Below, in pieces: positions 23,994 through 36,700 of a DNA stretch of 64,000 nt. Source of the DNA: Vicugna vicugna (taxonomy: Eukaryota); the NCBI GenBank assembly GCA_013265495.1, contig MU058687.1, positions 372,001-436,000 of the forward strand. The letters are read 5' to 3'. A program made the translations under genes and the position numbers. The notes beneath the pieces are model-generated. The model did not search any database and was not told where the DNA came from. It worked only from the letters and a program-made list of their open reading frames with translations. Position 1 is the first letter of the stretch. The number at the start of each line of letters is the position of its first letter.

Positions 23994-25991
23994 ACCAAAA
24001 CAAAAATTGCTAAGGTGCTGTCTCATTCATTTTTACTTGTTAGCAATCCTTTCTAAAGAGATGATTTATACAATTAAAAAAAATGCTGGTTGTAAATTTA
24101 TATAATTTTTAGATAAAGAATTAGAAATAATCAATTGATGCATTTTTGTTAGAACTGCTGTTTTAAAATGTATAACATTAGAGTGCAGAATCAAACAGAA
24201 GTTGCTTTAACCTTTGTTATAGGTATACTAGACTTTCTGAAAAGAAAACCAGATCTTAAAATGCTAGTTACTACTTCCCCATCACAGCACCATAGTTCAA
24301 TTTTATTTATGTTTCCTCTGTGGGACACCATTGTCTGTTCAGTAATAAAACAATAAATAATTTCATTGCACAGGTTTAAAGACCTCAGGAACCAGGTCAA
24401 AAGAAAAAACATGATTAGCAGCAGAATTTGTTCATGTTTGGTTGCAGATTGGTGGCTGACCTGGCTGGGAGGTGGGGGTTGGGTGGTTTTGCTGTGCATT
24501 TTTGAAGCGCTTACCTCACAGTACCAGAGATGCCTCTTGAAGAGCTTTTTGGATCCATTAGATTTGTCTACTATAAAGAACATCTTGCCCAGAAGTCTGA
24601 TTTGAAGATAAAAGGAGAAGATAACAGTATGCTTTTGAACCAAGCTAAGCTACTCTTGGGAAATATTTTTGAAGGAATGGGAAATTTTGTTAATTTTCAG
24701 GTAAATGCAGAAAATTCATGATACTAGAGTAAAAAAAGGTGTGGGTGTGACAAACTTCCCTGGAATCTCAGGAAAACTGTGCCCAGAATGAAAGATGGCA
24801 GCTACAGGGAAAAGCTGTTTGACTGCTGGCAGAGTCCAGGAAGGTCACTGTAGTGAAAAAAGGCCATCTTTCACAGAAAACGAGAAAGTAGCCCAGACAA
24901 GGAGAACATGGACTTCAAAAGTATGCCAGCAAAATCAGACAAGACATGAATTTTTAAGGCACACCTTGCAAGGACAACCAGAACCCACAGAGGATGTTCT
25001 TCATACGGTGACAACAAACACAAAACATCCACTACGTGTCAGGCCATGTCCTAAGTATTTGAAATATATAACATTTACAGAAAGGAAACGTAACCACCAT
25101 CATGAGACCCTGTAGGACTGTAGGACCCTTTAATAAGAGGCCCAAAAGGTATACCAAGGGATAGAAAGGATATTGTAGACAAATTGTTTTTTCTAAGAAA
25201 TAGACATTCTCATTACAAATTGCTCCTAAAAATGGATAAATTGGTTAATTCTCCAGTTGGTCTAATCAAGATTATCAGAAAATATGTAGATATATTTCTG
25301 AAGTTACAACGCAGCTACCCAAGTTCTGAAAGTATCTGGAGTGACTGAAGCAGCCTGCTGAACAATATGTGGCCTTTATTTACAAGGAAATCTTCAGAGA
25401 TGTGCTGTGGTGATGAATACCAGGGAGTCTCACCTCTCTGGAGCCATCAAGCTGGAGGAGTGTTCAGTGAACACAGCTAATCTATCTTTTGGGACAACAA
25501 CTTGGTTTCTAATAAGAAATGGTCTCTCTCTAATGATGTGGAACAACATTTAGTGTGTGATGACTGGCTCTAACACCCTACTTTTCTGACAAAGATGGGA
25601 ATGGGTCCAAAAGCCATGTGGTATGTTAAAGAGGAGACTGAAAGTCTTGGGAGTTTTCCTCAAAAGACTGAAAGGCTGTGGAAGGAGGGATTAGAGCAGA
25701 ACTAAGACCACTGAGAAGATAGGTAGATTTCAGCTCAACAGAGGGAGGGATTTTTAAACATCAGTGCAATCCCAAAGTAGAATGAGTAATGTTTGAAAAC
25801 ATCCCTAAATGGAAGCTGAATGACAACCAGCTGGAAATGTTAAGGGAATTCTGCAATGGGTAGAAGACTGGATGATATATCTAGGCTGTTTCCAATTGTG
25901 AAGATTCTATTTCATTATGTATTAACATTTTTCAAGGAAAAGACAATAGGTTTAAAGGTGACTTCAGTATAATTAAAAATCAGTGTGTGTT

Positions 25992-26075
25992 GGGGGGAGG
26001 GTATAGCTCAGTGGTAGAGCACATGCTTAGCATGCACAAGGTTCTAGGTGCAATCCCCAGTACCTCCATTTAAAC
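25992..26075 (+). mobile_element. tRNA-Ala-derived SINE (vic-1-like), head only
   Basis: ggggagggtatagctcagtggtagagcacatgcttagcatgcac...cccagtacctcca; degenerate B box; tail region absent. Confidence 0.8.
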
Positions 26076-27655
26076 AAAGGTGTGAAGAATGAAAAAAATT
26101 ACACATTGAATTGAAAAACTAAAATTTGGGGGATAAGGATATAGAAATTTGCCTAGTTACTTGTACACATCAGATGTTAAATACAGACCCAATGGAATAC
26201 CTTTAAAAATAAGGTTCCCCAGGAACTGGTATGAGGGCTGGGTGTATTTAGTACCTTTTGTGAAAAAGCTGAAAGAGTCCACTGTGAAAGCTACAAGTCT
26301 GGGGATATATATTCTGCTGGGAAGAAGCTGAAGGTAAAGAAAAAAGGCAAAGGAGCCAGACTACAGGAAGATCTTTCACAACCAACAGCACTCGAATGGG
26401 CAGACAAGAAGCAAATGATGGTCATGTGGAAAGTACAAGGTAGTGAGTTTTGGGGGAAAGAATTCACAAAATCAAGAGCTCTGAACATTCAAACTCCAAA
26501 AGTGAGAATCCATTGTACTGATGTGGGCCAAAATGGCCAACCAAATCCACTGTCAGGTATCCTCCAAAGGGTCTCAGAAACCCTGGACCTAGACAGATAA
26601 CTTAGATGATGGTAGTTAAAATGATCAGGGGCCAGGGAAGAAACAGAATAAAAGGGCAAACTGAAAAGGGCTATTACCAAAATCTAGATCCCTGACCAGC
26701 ACAGCCACAGGCCTCTCTCTACAGACCAACAGTTAAGGTATAGATGCATTTCTTAGAAATACAAAGCAAACAAGCTTAGGATGACAAATTACTATAAACA
26801 CATTAGCCTGGGAGGAGGTACTCGCACTGAACACACACATTCCTATAAGGCTGGATATGTTCACTAATCCCAGGGTTGACTGATAGAAAGTTGATTAAGA
26901 GAAGGTGGTCTATACAAGGCAGCCACACACTCCCAAAATAAGTCCCTAGAAACTGGATGTCCTCCTATCTTAAGGCTGGGATCTGCCCAGTTAGGAGTTG
27001 CTCTCCACCCTGCTAAGATCTGGGATGGCTCTCCGCTGGCTGATTGGAGCTAATACAAAGCAGGGTCACAACTTCAGATATGGTACCTTTTTTTTTTTCT
27101 CTTTAAATTACACATGGAAAGCAAAACCATGTATTTTTTCTTTCTTTTTTAGGGCAGGTGAGTGTAGATAAAAGTGGGACAGGGCAAAGAGTCTGGAAGA
27201 AAGAAATACTGGTGTTGATAGGTCATGGGATTGTAGTCAGTCAGCTTAGTTTAACATGTAAGGGGAAAATAAAAACGTTCAAAGGAATGAGGCACTAAAA
27301 GAGTTGAAGTGAGATTTTTCTTTGGTTCCCAGGTTTCTATCCCTGGGTTCTCCAAGGTTAGGTTCCAAAGCTATTCCTTTTGGCTCTTGTGAAACACAAG
27401 GAATCTCAAAGATGTAGACACTGGTACCAGCTGTGCACGAAGAGTGGTTAGGAAACAGTTCACATTAGATGTGTAAAATTAATTAAACCCAACTCTAGAC
27501 TCTACAAAAGCCCCTTCCTCCTGATGAAACCAGCTGCTGGGCTTCAGTCTAGGCTGTCCCCAGCCCAGCTCAGAACATGACTGAGTCCTCTCCTTTCTCG
27601 TTCTTTCTTTAACAAGGTTGTTGGCAAATGCAGGCCTCAGAGGAAGGGCGTGGCC

Positions 27656-27742
27656 TCAGTGGGAGATGCCTAGAGACTGCAGCAAGTGAAATGTGGCCCC
27701 CAAGGCCCAGCCCGTCTCTATGTTGTTCACTTTTTTTGTGAG
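27656..27742 (-). CDS. ENTPD5: ENTPD5 last coding exon
   Basis: caacag acceptor; [28 protein letters not shown]. Confidence 0.96.
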   Translation of the reverse strand, partial: LTKKVNNIETGWALGATFHLLQSLGISH

Positions 27743-30700
27743 CTGTTGGGAAGGAGAAAAAAAAGTCTTCACATTTTCATTCAATTTTCAACTCTAGCAA
27801 GCACAACATGGGCAGAGAATACCTGCCAAGGTCATCCATGAGGCCAAAACCAAGTCTCTGGAGGCTTCCCCAGCCCTCTCTGTAAGATTCCCTTCTGCCA
27901 CTGCCTATTGCTCTTCGACCTGCCAATCTGATCCCTGAATCTTCTGCCCCAGGAAGTGGTCTCAGACAAGACTTCTAGAAAGACCTATGAGACAGGTTTC
28001 TGAATGCTTTCCCTAATCCTGAAACTAAATATAACAGGTGTCAGGAACAGATTTGGGGTAGGAAAGAACATACTAAGCTTCCTATTTTACACTTTGTAAG
28101 CAACTGCATCTTCTTAAGCACCAGCAATCAACCGAGGCATCTGAGGCATTCTAGGCCGGGTCGTGCCTCGATTGATTCAGTTAGTTCAGTGACCTTGGGC
28201 AAAAGTTTAGACTCAATGTCCTCAACTACATAACAAGGGGATTAGATTAGTGTTTATCAAATTGTTTTCTTCAGAATCCTAGGGGTTCCTTAGAAGTATT
28301 CAAAGGAGAAAAGAGGGGGAGGGTATAGCTCAGTGGTAGAGCTAGTCCTGGGTCCAATCCCCAGTACTTCTGTTAAAATAAATAAATAAACCTAATTCAC
28401 ACCCTTCCCTCCCCAACAAAAAAAATACAAAGGAGAAAAGGAGACAAAAACTGTGAAGGAGTTTCAGGCCCCTTACCTCTGCTTCAACCAGGTAGCTCCA
28501 TTTGTATCATTTTACTGGCATTCTGCATAAGCTATTGTTGAATAAAGACACCACCATCATCCCCTACCCCCACACAAAGGTTTCGAAATCCTTGGACGGG
28601 GTTTAGTCTTTCCGTCTAGTACTAACTTCCTGTGACACAATACTTCTGTGTTGACCTGATGAAATCTGGTCTATAGTCACTGTGTTAAAAACTGGAAAGA
28701 ATGGCATGGGAATAATTATCCTGAGATTTCAGTCTGTGACACCTGAGTCAAACCAGGTGTCCCCATCCCCACCCCCAAACGCTCCTCCTCTGTCCTCAGG
28801 ACTTGAGCTGACAACCTAGGGGTGAAGTGATCTCTGGAAAAGGGGATTGTCCACCCCTGATTCAAATTCTGCTGCCACTGAAATAAAGACTAAAAGGATG
28901 CTAGAAATGGAAATAGGAGAAAATTGTCCTTATATGACTTGGTTATTGTTGATGCCTAAGCAGAGGAAGTTGTTAACTTAGTGTGTTTTGAGGGCTTAGG
29001 ATGACCTCTCTTATCCACAAATCCGTCAGTGTGAAATGCCTACACTAACAATCATACCAATATTAATAATTTACCATGTGCCAGGCATTGTGTTTTATCT
29101 CAATTTTCACAACAGCCCTATGAAATAGGCACTCTAATGTGTTTTGAATGAGGAACCTAAAAGTTAGAGAGGGGAAGTAGATCATCTAAGGTCACAGAGC
29201 TAGTAAGCTTGCAGAACCAGAACTTGAACCCACATCTGATGGACAACAGAGCCCATGCTTTAAACACTATGCTATACACTCTACTGGCAAGTAACTCAAA
29301 TTCTCATCAGGTGTAACAACACATTAAATCCAAATACCTTTGTAGAAATGAATTTATGAGATCTGTGTAACAAGAAATGGGGCAATATAATATAAACTCA
29401 TCTGAAAATCAGGACCCAGGAAGGGGAAGTGGCAAGAAAGAAGGAGGAGGCTTTGTAAACAAGGTACAGTCTACTTACTGGACCCACGTTCAAAGATGCC
29501 TTGTGCCATAGCTATGTTTTTGTCACATCTCCTCTAATAAAGTGTATGCTATTTGAGGACAAAGATTACATCTTAATCATCTTGATAACTATAGTGTACA
29601 ATTATTCAATTATGCTATAGAAGATAAGAAAGGATATAGGATGGATGAAACTCAAAATGTGTTTGGAATAGATAAATAAATTACTATAGAAAAGGCTGGA
29701 AGACAAAGGGGGACCTAAGACCCAAGAGGCACCAAATATATGAGGCACACATAAAATACACATGACACATGGCATTCAATACTCACAAGGTCTTAAATAA
29801 GCACTCACTGGTGATACCCTTCTGGTCCCTCGTGTCCTCTGCCAAACAAAACCATCTAATGGGCTAAGGGGTGAGCTAATGCTACTGGCCAGTGTACACG
29901 TGCCTGTGCTGCTCCAGACAGAGCAAGTCTGTGTGATGGCCCCAGGCACCTCTGTCCTCGCTCCCCCTCAAGCAAACTGCAGTACTTGTAATGTACTATC
30001 AGCAGTGGAGAAGAGGCAGGACATACGAACCCAGGATTTGGGAACTAAAGCACTGCTTTCCTGCTCGCTACCCTGTGCGTTCACCTATCCATTTCTTTTC
30101 CCTTGCTCCTCAATGAGTTCTGAAATTGATTTAATAAACCACGTGGCCTGGGGATCTTAATTTGGGCTGCAAGCCTTTCTGCTTGGTGACCTCTGGGATA
30201 GCTTGCCTGGTAATATACTGTAGACCCTTGAACAACTCAGGGGGTTACGGGTACAATCCCCAAGCACCTGAAAACTGGCATATAACTTTACAGTCATGTC
30301 TCTATATCCACAGATTCAAGCAGCCACTGACTGTGTAGCACTGTAGTATTACTACTGAAAAGAATCTACGTGTCAGTAGACCCAGTTCAAGCCCATGTTG
30401 TGCAAGGGCCAAGTGTACTTTGAGGCTGCCATTCCAACAAGGTAATTTCCCACATCATGGCGACTTGTACAGTGCCTTGTCCATAGCCTGAATAAAAATA
30501 CCTCATAATTCCACCTATAGCCACTCTGATTACCAAACAAGTTTTTAACTCTTTCTTTCCAACTCCCAAATAAAAAGACTGTTATGTGACTCTGGTGTCC
30601 TCTCTTACCTGTAAGATAGTGCTTCCTGCAAAGCCAAAGCCATCCTTCAACAAGGCTGTGATGTAACTAAGATCCATGCACAGGAAAGGACTGCCTGAGG

Positions 30701-33700
30701 TGAAGTTTTCCAAGTTATCACATACTGGAGGAGAGAGAGAGTGAAGAATGGCATTCAAGTCTGCAACCAACTGAGAGGTACATGATTTTCTCTAAATACA
30801 GACTGAGAATAAGCAAAGCAGAATGCTCCAATCTCCTGCTCCCAGATGCCTGGGAGTCTCGGAGGTAGAAATGTGCACTGACAGCCTCTGCAGGACCCCA
30901 GTTTCTCAAGAACTTGCATATTTATGATGTGACATCTTACCTACTCAAAGGTAGCCAGGTTCTAGGTTATTTGCTAAATTTCTACAACCTATTGTTAGGG
31001 CTTACTTTAGTTAAGTCCCTTAGATATTATTAATGCTGGGGCCCAGAAGACAGGGAAATACCAGTTAGCCCTACTTCGGAGCCAGAGGATGAGATCATTT
31101 ATTTCTATTTCTGACGGACTCTTTCAAGGAAGCCTCTGTGGCTATTTCCCATATATTTTGGTGCTCAGTGTTTCAGTAACATTGATAACATACTATTTAA
31201 ATTTTAAAAAAGGAAGAAAGAAATGAAGAAAGAAGAGAAGGTCTTCACCATTTCTCCAAAGCCCCTCGTGTTCTCATATTTTTATTTGCCACTTAATGCT
31301 TTTAACTCCTGGCAAAGACAGGAAAGCAGCCTTCTGGGAGGCTTTCAGCTGGCTGAGACACATCAGGTGACTCTGGGTGCAGTCTTGCAGGCTCGCCTTC
31401 AAGGGTTTCCACTGACACTTACCTTCCCTTGCTTTTCTTTCAAAATCTTCAACTTTTAAAACACCTCCTTTTTCATAATCTGAAATGAAACAAAACAGTA
31501 GTTGACGTCAAAAAACCTTCAAGGAGGGGGAAGGGTATAGCTCAAGTGGTAGAGCACATGCTTAGCATGCACAAGGTCCTGGATTCAATCCCTGGTACCT
31601 CCATCAAAAAACTAACTAAATAAATAAAACCTAATTACCTCCCCCTGCAAAAAACAAAGCAAAACAAAACAAAACAAAACAAACCTTCAAGGAAACATAA
31701 GAAATTTATCCTAGAAATGTTTATAGTCTATTTTATGTTATGTATATTTAACCACAGTTTAAAAATTGGCCCACTGAAAAAACACATTAGAAAATATCTC
31801 AGGTCATGACAGTTGACATATATACATTCTCACAGCTAAACAAAATGTATTACGATTATGATTAAGAAAAAAGTTATAAAGGGGGAAGAGGAAACTTTCT
31901 GGGGTGATGAGTACGTTCATTATCTCGAATTTCACAATGGTTTCATGGGTGTATATATATGTCAAAACTTACCAAACTACACTTTTTTTAAATTAAAAAA
32001 TTATTATTTTATTTATTTTGGTGGGGGTGGTAATTAGGTTTATTTATTTATTTATTTAATAGAGGTACTGGGGTTTGAACCCAGGACCTTGTGCATGTTA
32101 AGCATGCATTCTACCACTGAGCTATACCCTCCCCTCTTGTACACTTTAAATCTGCATTTTGTATCAGTTATGCCTCCATAAAAATGTTAAAAAAAAAAAG
32201 ACTGCATGTATATTTGTTTAGGCTATCTTCCAGCCCCCAGAGATTCTCAGTCATGTTCACTCTCACTTAGGTGACTAGTGTCACTCAACTAGGGTGACAC
32301 ACAATCAACAAAGCATGTCCAACACTCCTTTTGTCCCATTCCCTTTCCCACCACAGCTTGCCCAGTTTCCTCCCTGGACGACACCTGGAGTGAACTTACC
32401 AATCATGTCTGTGTCAACAGCTCGGTCATAATAGTAAGAGAAGGCATAGAAGGAGCTTCTCTGGACCTCATCTGGCTGATGAAGCTTTCCTTGTACCACC
32501 CTCAGCACTTCAGCGTAGCAGGGCTCAAAGCCCACCGCCCCTGCTGGGGCAAAGGTGCACAGGAACAAGGTGAGAACGTGAGATGCAAGCTGCTGAAGCC
32601 AAAGAAGAAACAGCAGGAGGATCAAGGCGAGCTGAGGCTCAAGACAAAGGGCTCACAGACAGAGCTGGGCAAACTTCTGCAGCCTCATCACCCTGGAGGA
32701 AAGGACCCTGCTTCTCTATGGCGACTCTGTCTCTAAACTGTGTTCACCAAAACCAGCCACAGCCGACCTCAAGCTGCTGCCAAGCACTACGTGTCACAGT
32801 ATTCATGAGAACGATAGGCAGAGGTCCGTCTGCTTCCTTCGCTATAAACATCAAGTTCTTTCTGTGAGTTTAGGTCTATGCCTTTCTTAATACCTAACAT
32901 CAATTATTCTTCCTGTCATCTTAATTTCCAGTTTTACTATAATTGAAATAGCTAAACATTAATTGAACCCAGAACAGTTTCACCCTGCTGAGGGGCAGGG
33001 ACTCTGAATACATCAGACTAGGGTGAGAAAAGGTTTCTAAGGGATCCACGATACGGGCAAGGGAAGAGCTGAATGCAGAATGATGGCTGCCTGTTCACAG
33101 TCACCTCACATCACTCCTCAGGGGTGTATCAAGATCTATTAGAATTAGTTCCTGCAAAAGACAAGCTTCCCAGGGGCGGAGGGTGGGAAGGGGTAGATGG
33201 GATTTCAAAATTGTAGAATAGATAAACAAGATTATACTGTATAGCACAGGGAATATACACAAGATCTTATGGTAGCTCACAGAAAAAAAAATGTGGCAAT
33301 GAATATATATATGTTTGTGTATGACTGAAAAATTGTGCTCTACACTGGAATTTGACACAACATTGTAAAATGATTATACATAAAAAAAAAAAAAAGGACA
33401 AGCCTCCCTTGAGCTCTGGAAAAAGTTTCCCATGGGACTTTTCCAGACTTGTACTGTAAAAGTAACTTCAACCAGTGAAAAAATATCACTTGCCTTCTTG
33501 GTTGCCACCATACTGGTATTTCACGCCCCCAAAAATCCACTCTGCTTCCAACCATCTCGGTAGACAGGCACTCCGGAAAGTGTGTCCATCGATTCCTGAA
33601 AGAAATCAGACCACAAAATAAGAGGCAAGGGTGGGAGAGAGAAAAAGAGGAAGGCAAGCAAGAAGCCAATAAAGTTGAAAGGAATTATCAAGGTGGCAGG

Positions 33701-36700
33701 AATTCTTAACTCAGGGTTTGTAGATGGGTTCTGTGGGGTTGGTGGACCCCCTGAAACTACAGATAAATTTCTGTGCATATGTGCATTTGGCAGAAGGGTT
33801 GATGATTTTCATCACATCTCAAAGAAATCTAAAACCTACAATGGGAATAAGTTCCCGCCTTTCTAAAAAAAGGAAAAAATACTGTCCTACTTTTCCCATT
33901 GGTTGTTGTGAGATTTAAAGAAAATACACTTGAAAATGTAAACTCTGAAATACCATACAATTATCATCACAATAATACCTTACTGTGAACCATGCGCCAC
34001 ACAAAGTACATTAAATGCAAAATCTCTTTTATTTTAAGGTAAGGAAAGGGGCACAGAAAAGTGAGCTAGCTGGCTCCAAATCTAAAGACTGGAACTGACC
34101 CTAGTTCTGCCTGACCCCAAAAGCTGAGCTCTTAACCCTTTTACCACCAGTGACGAGAGGAATGGAATTGTTCAGTTATTTCACTTTGTAAGTGGACTGC
34201 TGCTGCCTGTACCTCCCAGGTAAAACGAAGGGCTTGAGCAAGCTCCTGAGCCTTGAATTTCTACAGATACTTCAGCCTCCTGGCTACAGACCGTTCCTCT
34301 ATACAAACAGACTTCATGTTGTAAAAGGCTAATAATATATACCCAAACATCTGAACCCATTAAGTAGAAAAGGAATTTGTTATTATTGTGCCCATTATAC
34401 AATGTTTAATTCCTATTTCTGCATAACCCTTTCCTCCACAGAATCACGGCAGAGGACGGGTAAAGGCAAGCTGAGCACTGGTGTCACTCTCACCCAACCA
34501 GCACCGGTACCCAGACGAACCTTCTGTCTCCAGGGCTCCCAAGGTTGCTAGTCTTGCAGCTTTCAATCCAAATCCCAAGTAACTGTAAAATATAGGATTG
34601 ACTAATTTTATGCTGGTCCTGAATTCTCCAGCCTAAAGGTTCTTCATCCAAAAGTAACATGGTTTCTCTGTCTCCCTCTGGAGGGAGGGAGCCCTCTGTG
34701 ACCTATTCATTTCATGTGGACAACAAGCAGTAACTTCTGCACAATTCAGATCAAGGCCATGCAAGAACTTTCCACTGTTATGATTTAAAGGCCAGAGACA
34801 GTGACACTTCCTAGGGTCCCACCCTGGGAACCATCCCCAGGAAATCTCTTATTATCTTACCGCCCAGCCCCACTCTGATCAAATTCTAGGCTGGATTTTG
34901 AACGTCTGAAAGTCAGCTTAAAAGGAGCTGATACAGAGCTTTGGCCGAACCTTCTCCAAGCATCTCCTTTCTGGAGAAAACCTGACTTACATTGCTTTTA
35001 CTCCTATATTATTTATCTTTTACTTTTACATTACCTTTTAAAAACTCTTACATTACTTTTTGCTATATCATTGTTAATTATATACTTTTGAGGCCAAGAT
35101 TGGAGAAATTTCTTGGGTCCCTTGGGCTTTGGTAAGTGGTTTGGGTTTCAGTTAACAGGCCTTCAGGGATTGGCAAAGACTTTGTAAGACTGGTCAGATG
35201 CAATAACAGATGTGCAAATTGAAAAGTTAGGAGAATCATACAATGTGAAGTATTATTATTTTCCCTTGTCCCCCTCCTCACCTATGTGTATAGAGCTTAT
35301 AAGTGCTGTTAAACATCTCAAAGGAAGTGAGGTAGTCTCTAGGGGTTTGTTCCAGGGTTTTCTGCAAATCAGAAAAAGCAAAAAACTATTCAGGATCGCA
35401 ATTATCTGAAGATGTTATCACCACCATCTGCATTCCTCCCCCCAAAAAATCAGAGATGAAGGAGACATTAAATTGCTAAACTCACAAAGCTCAAGGAATC
35501 AAAGGAACTCTGAACAGTGAGGGGAAGTTCACTCAGTCATTAATTGATTCTACTCAGCCTTTTTGTGGTGGAGCTGCTGTCTGAAATGGGCTACCATTTT
35601 CTTAGCACCCTGATACACCTGCCAAGTGGGTTGCTAACCAGATCTTCATATGTGTATGACTCACCTCAAACTGGGGCAGGAATGTGATTTGGGTGGAGGC
35701 CCCCCCCAGGTCCAGGGTCCCCACAGTCTCCTGGCTGTGGCTATGCAGCTGACCTGTGAATGAGAGCCAGCTCTGAACATCTTTGCTTCCTAGACAGCCC
35801 AACACTCCTCTGTTTCTGATTTCTCCTGCTTTTGTCATATATTGGAGGAATTCTGTAAATATTCCACTGTTCCCCAGCCCCAAACGCTGCAGGCAAATGC
35901 TGAACTACAAGGACTCTTGCTGCAGCTGAGGCCTTGAAGGCAGGTAATAAACATTAACTTCCTGTCTTTCCTCCCCCACCACTTTTTTTTTTCTTAAAAA
36001 CCAAAGAAAGAATAATACAGGGGAAAAAATTAAACAGGTATTTTTGTTCCCTGATCATGTGTGAAACCCAGTTAAGATCTTAGATAAACTTAAGAATGTA
36101 TTACCTGTCAGAAAATTCACAGTAACCCAAGCTAATATGCCTAAAAAAGAGAGAAAGACAACGATCACGTCCAGAGCATTATCCCCCTCTTCCCTGGCCC
36201 TATCTTTGTTTTTTTTCTCTCTAAATTTCATGTCTAAATCACACATTTCCCTACCCCCATCCTTCCATTCCTGCTACCCCCTTTCTCCTTGCTTATTTAT
36301 TCTCCTTATTTAGTTCCTTTTTCTTCAGCCCCTCCATCTCTGTTCCTGGTTCCTTTAATCAGATCTTTTATTAACCCTGGCCCTCCCCCGCTGGAACATA
36401 TAACAACACCTCTCCTACCTTCATAGGATCCATCCATGATGCTAACACTGTCATCTGGTACCAGGAAAGGTGACTTCTTGAAGATCTCTTTTACCTAGAG
36501 AGAAAGGAAAAAATCTGGATTCCCTAAGGCAATAGAACGGATCTCCATATTCTGGCTGTATCCTATAATGCTTAGAAAATTACACCCTTCATTTTCCCTA
36601 GATAAAAGTTTAGCAGAACTCATTCCTTTTCCCTATGAAACTAGAGAAGAAACTAGGCAAGCCATTACTGGTTTCTTGTAAAAATAAAAACACAGGGATT

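Noticed and set aside
24191..24643. 150-aa minus-strand ORF in the ENTPD5 3' UTR region
   Set aside because: No recognisable homology or supporting splice structure; likely chance
25995..26068. Apparent tRNA-Ala(AGC) gene
   Set aside because: The T-loop/B box is degenerate (gtgcaat) and the same head occurs in four other copies with tails and TSDs, so it is a SINE, not a tRNA gene
31502..31511. Perfect CRE palindrome ttgacgtcaa
   Set aside because: A single short motif deep in an intron that overlaps the probable branch point; no other enhancer evidence
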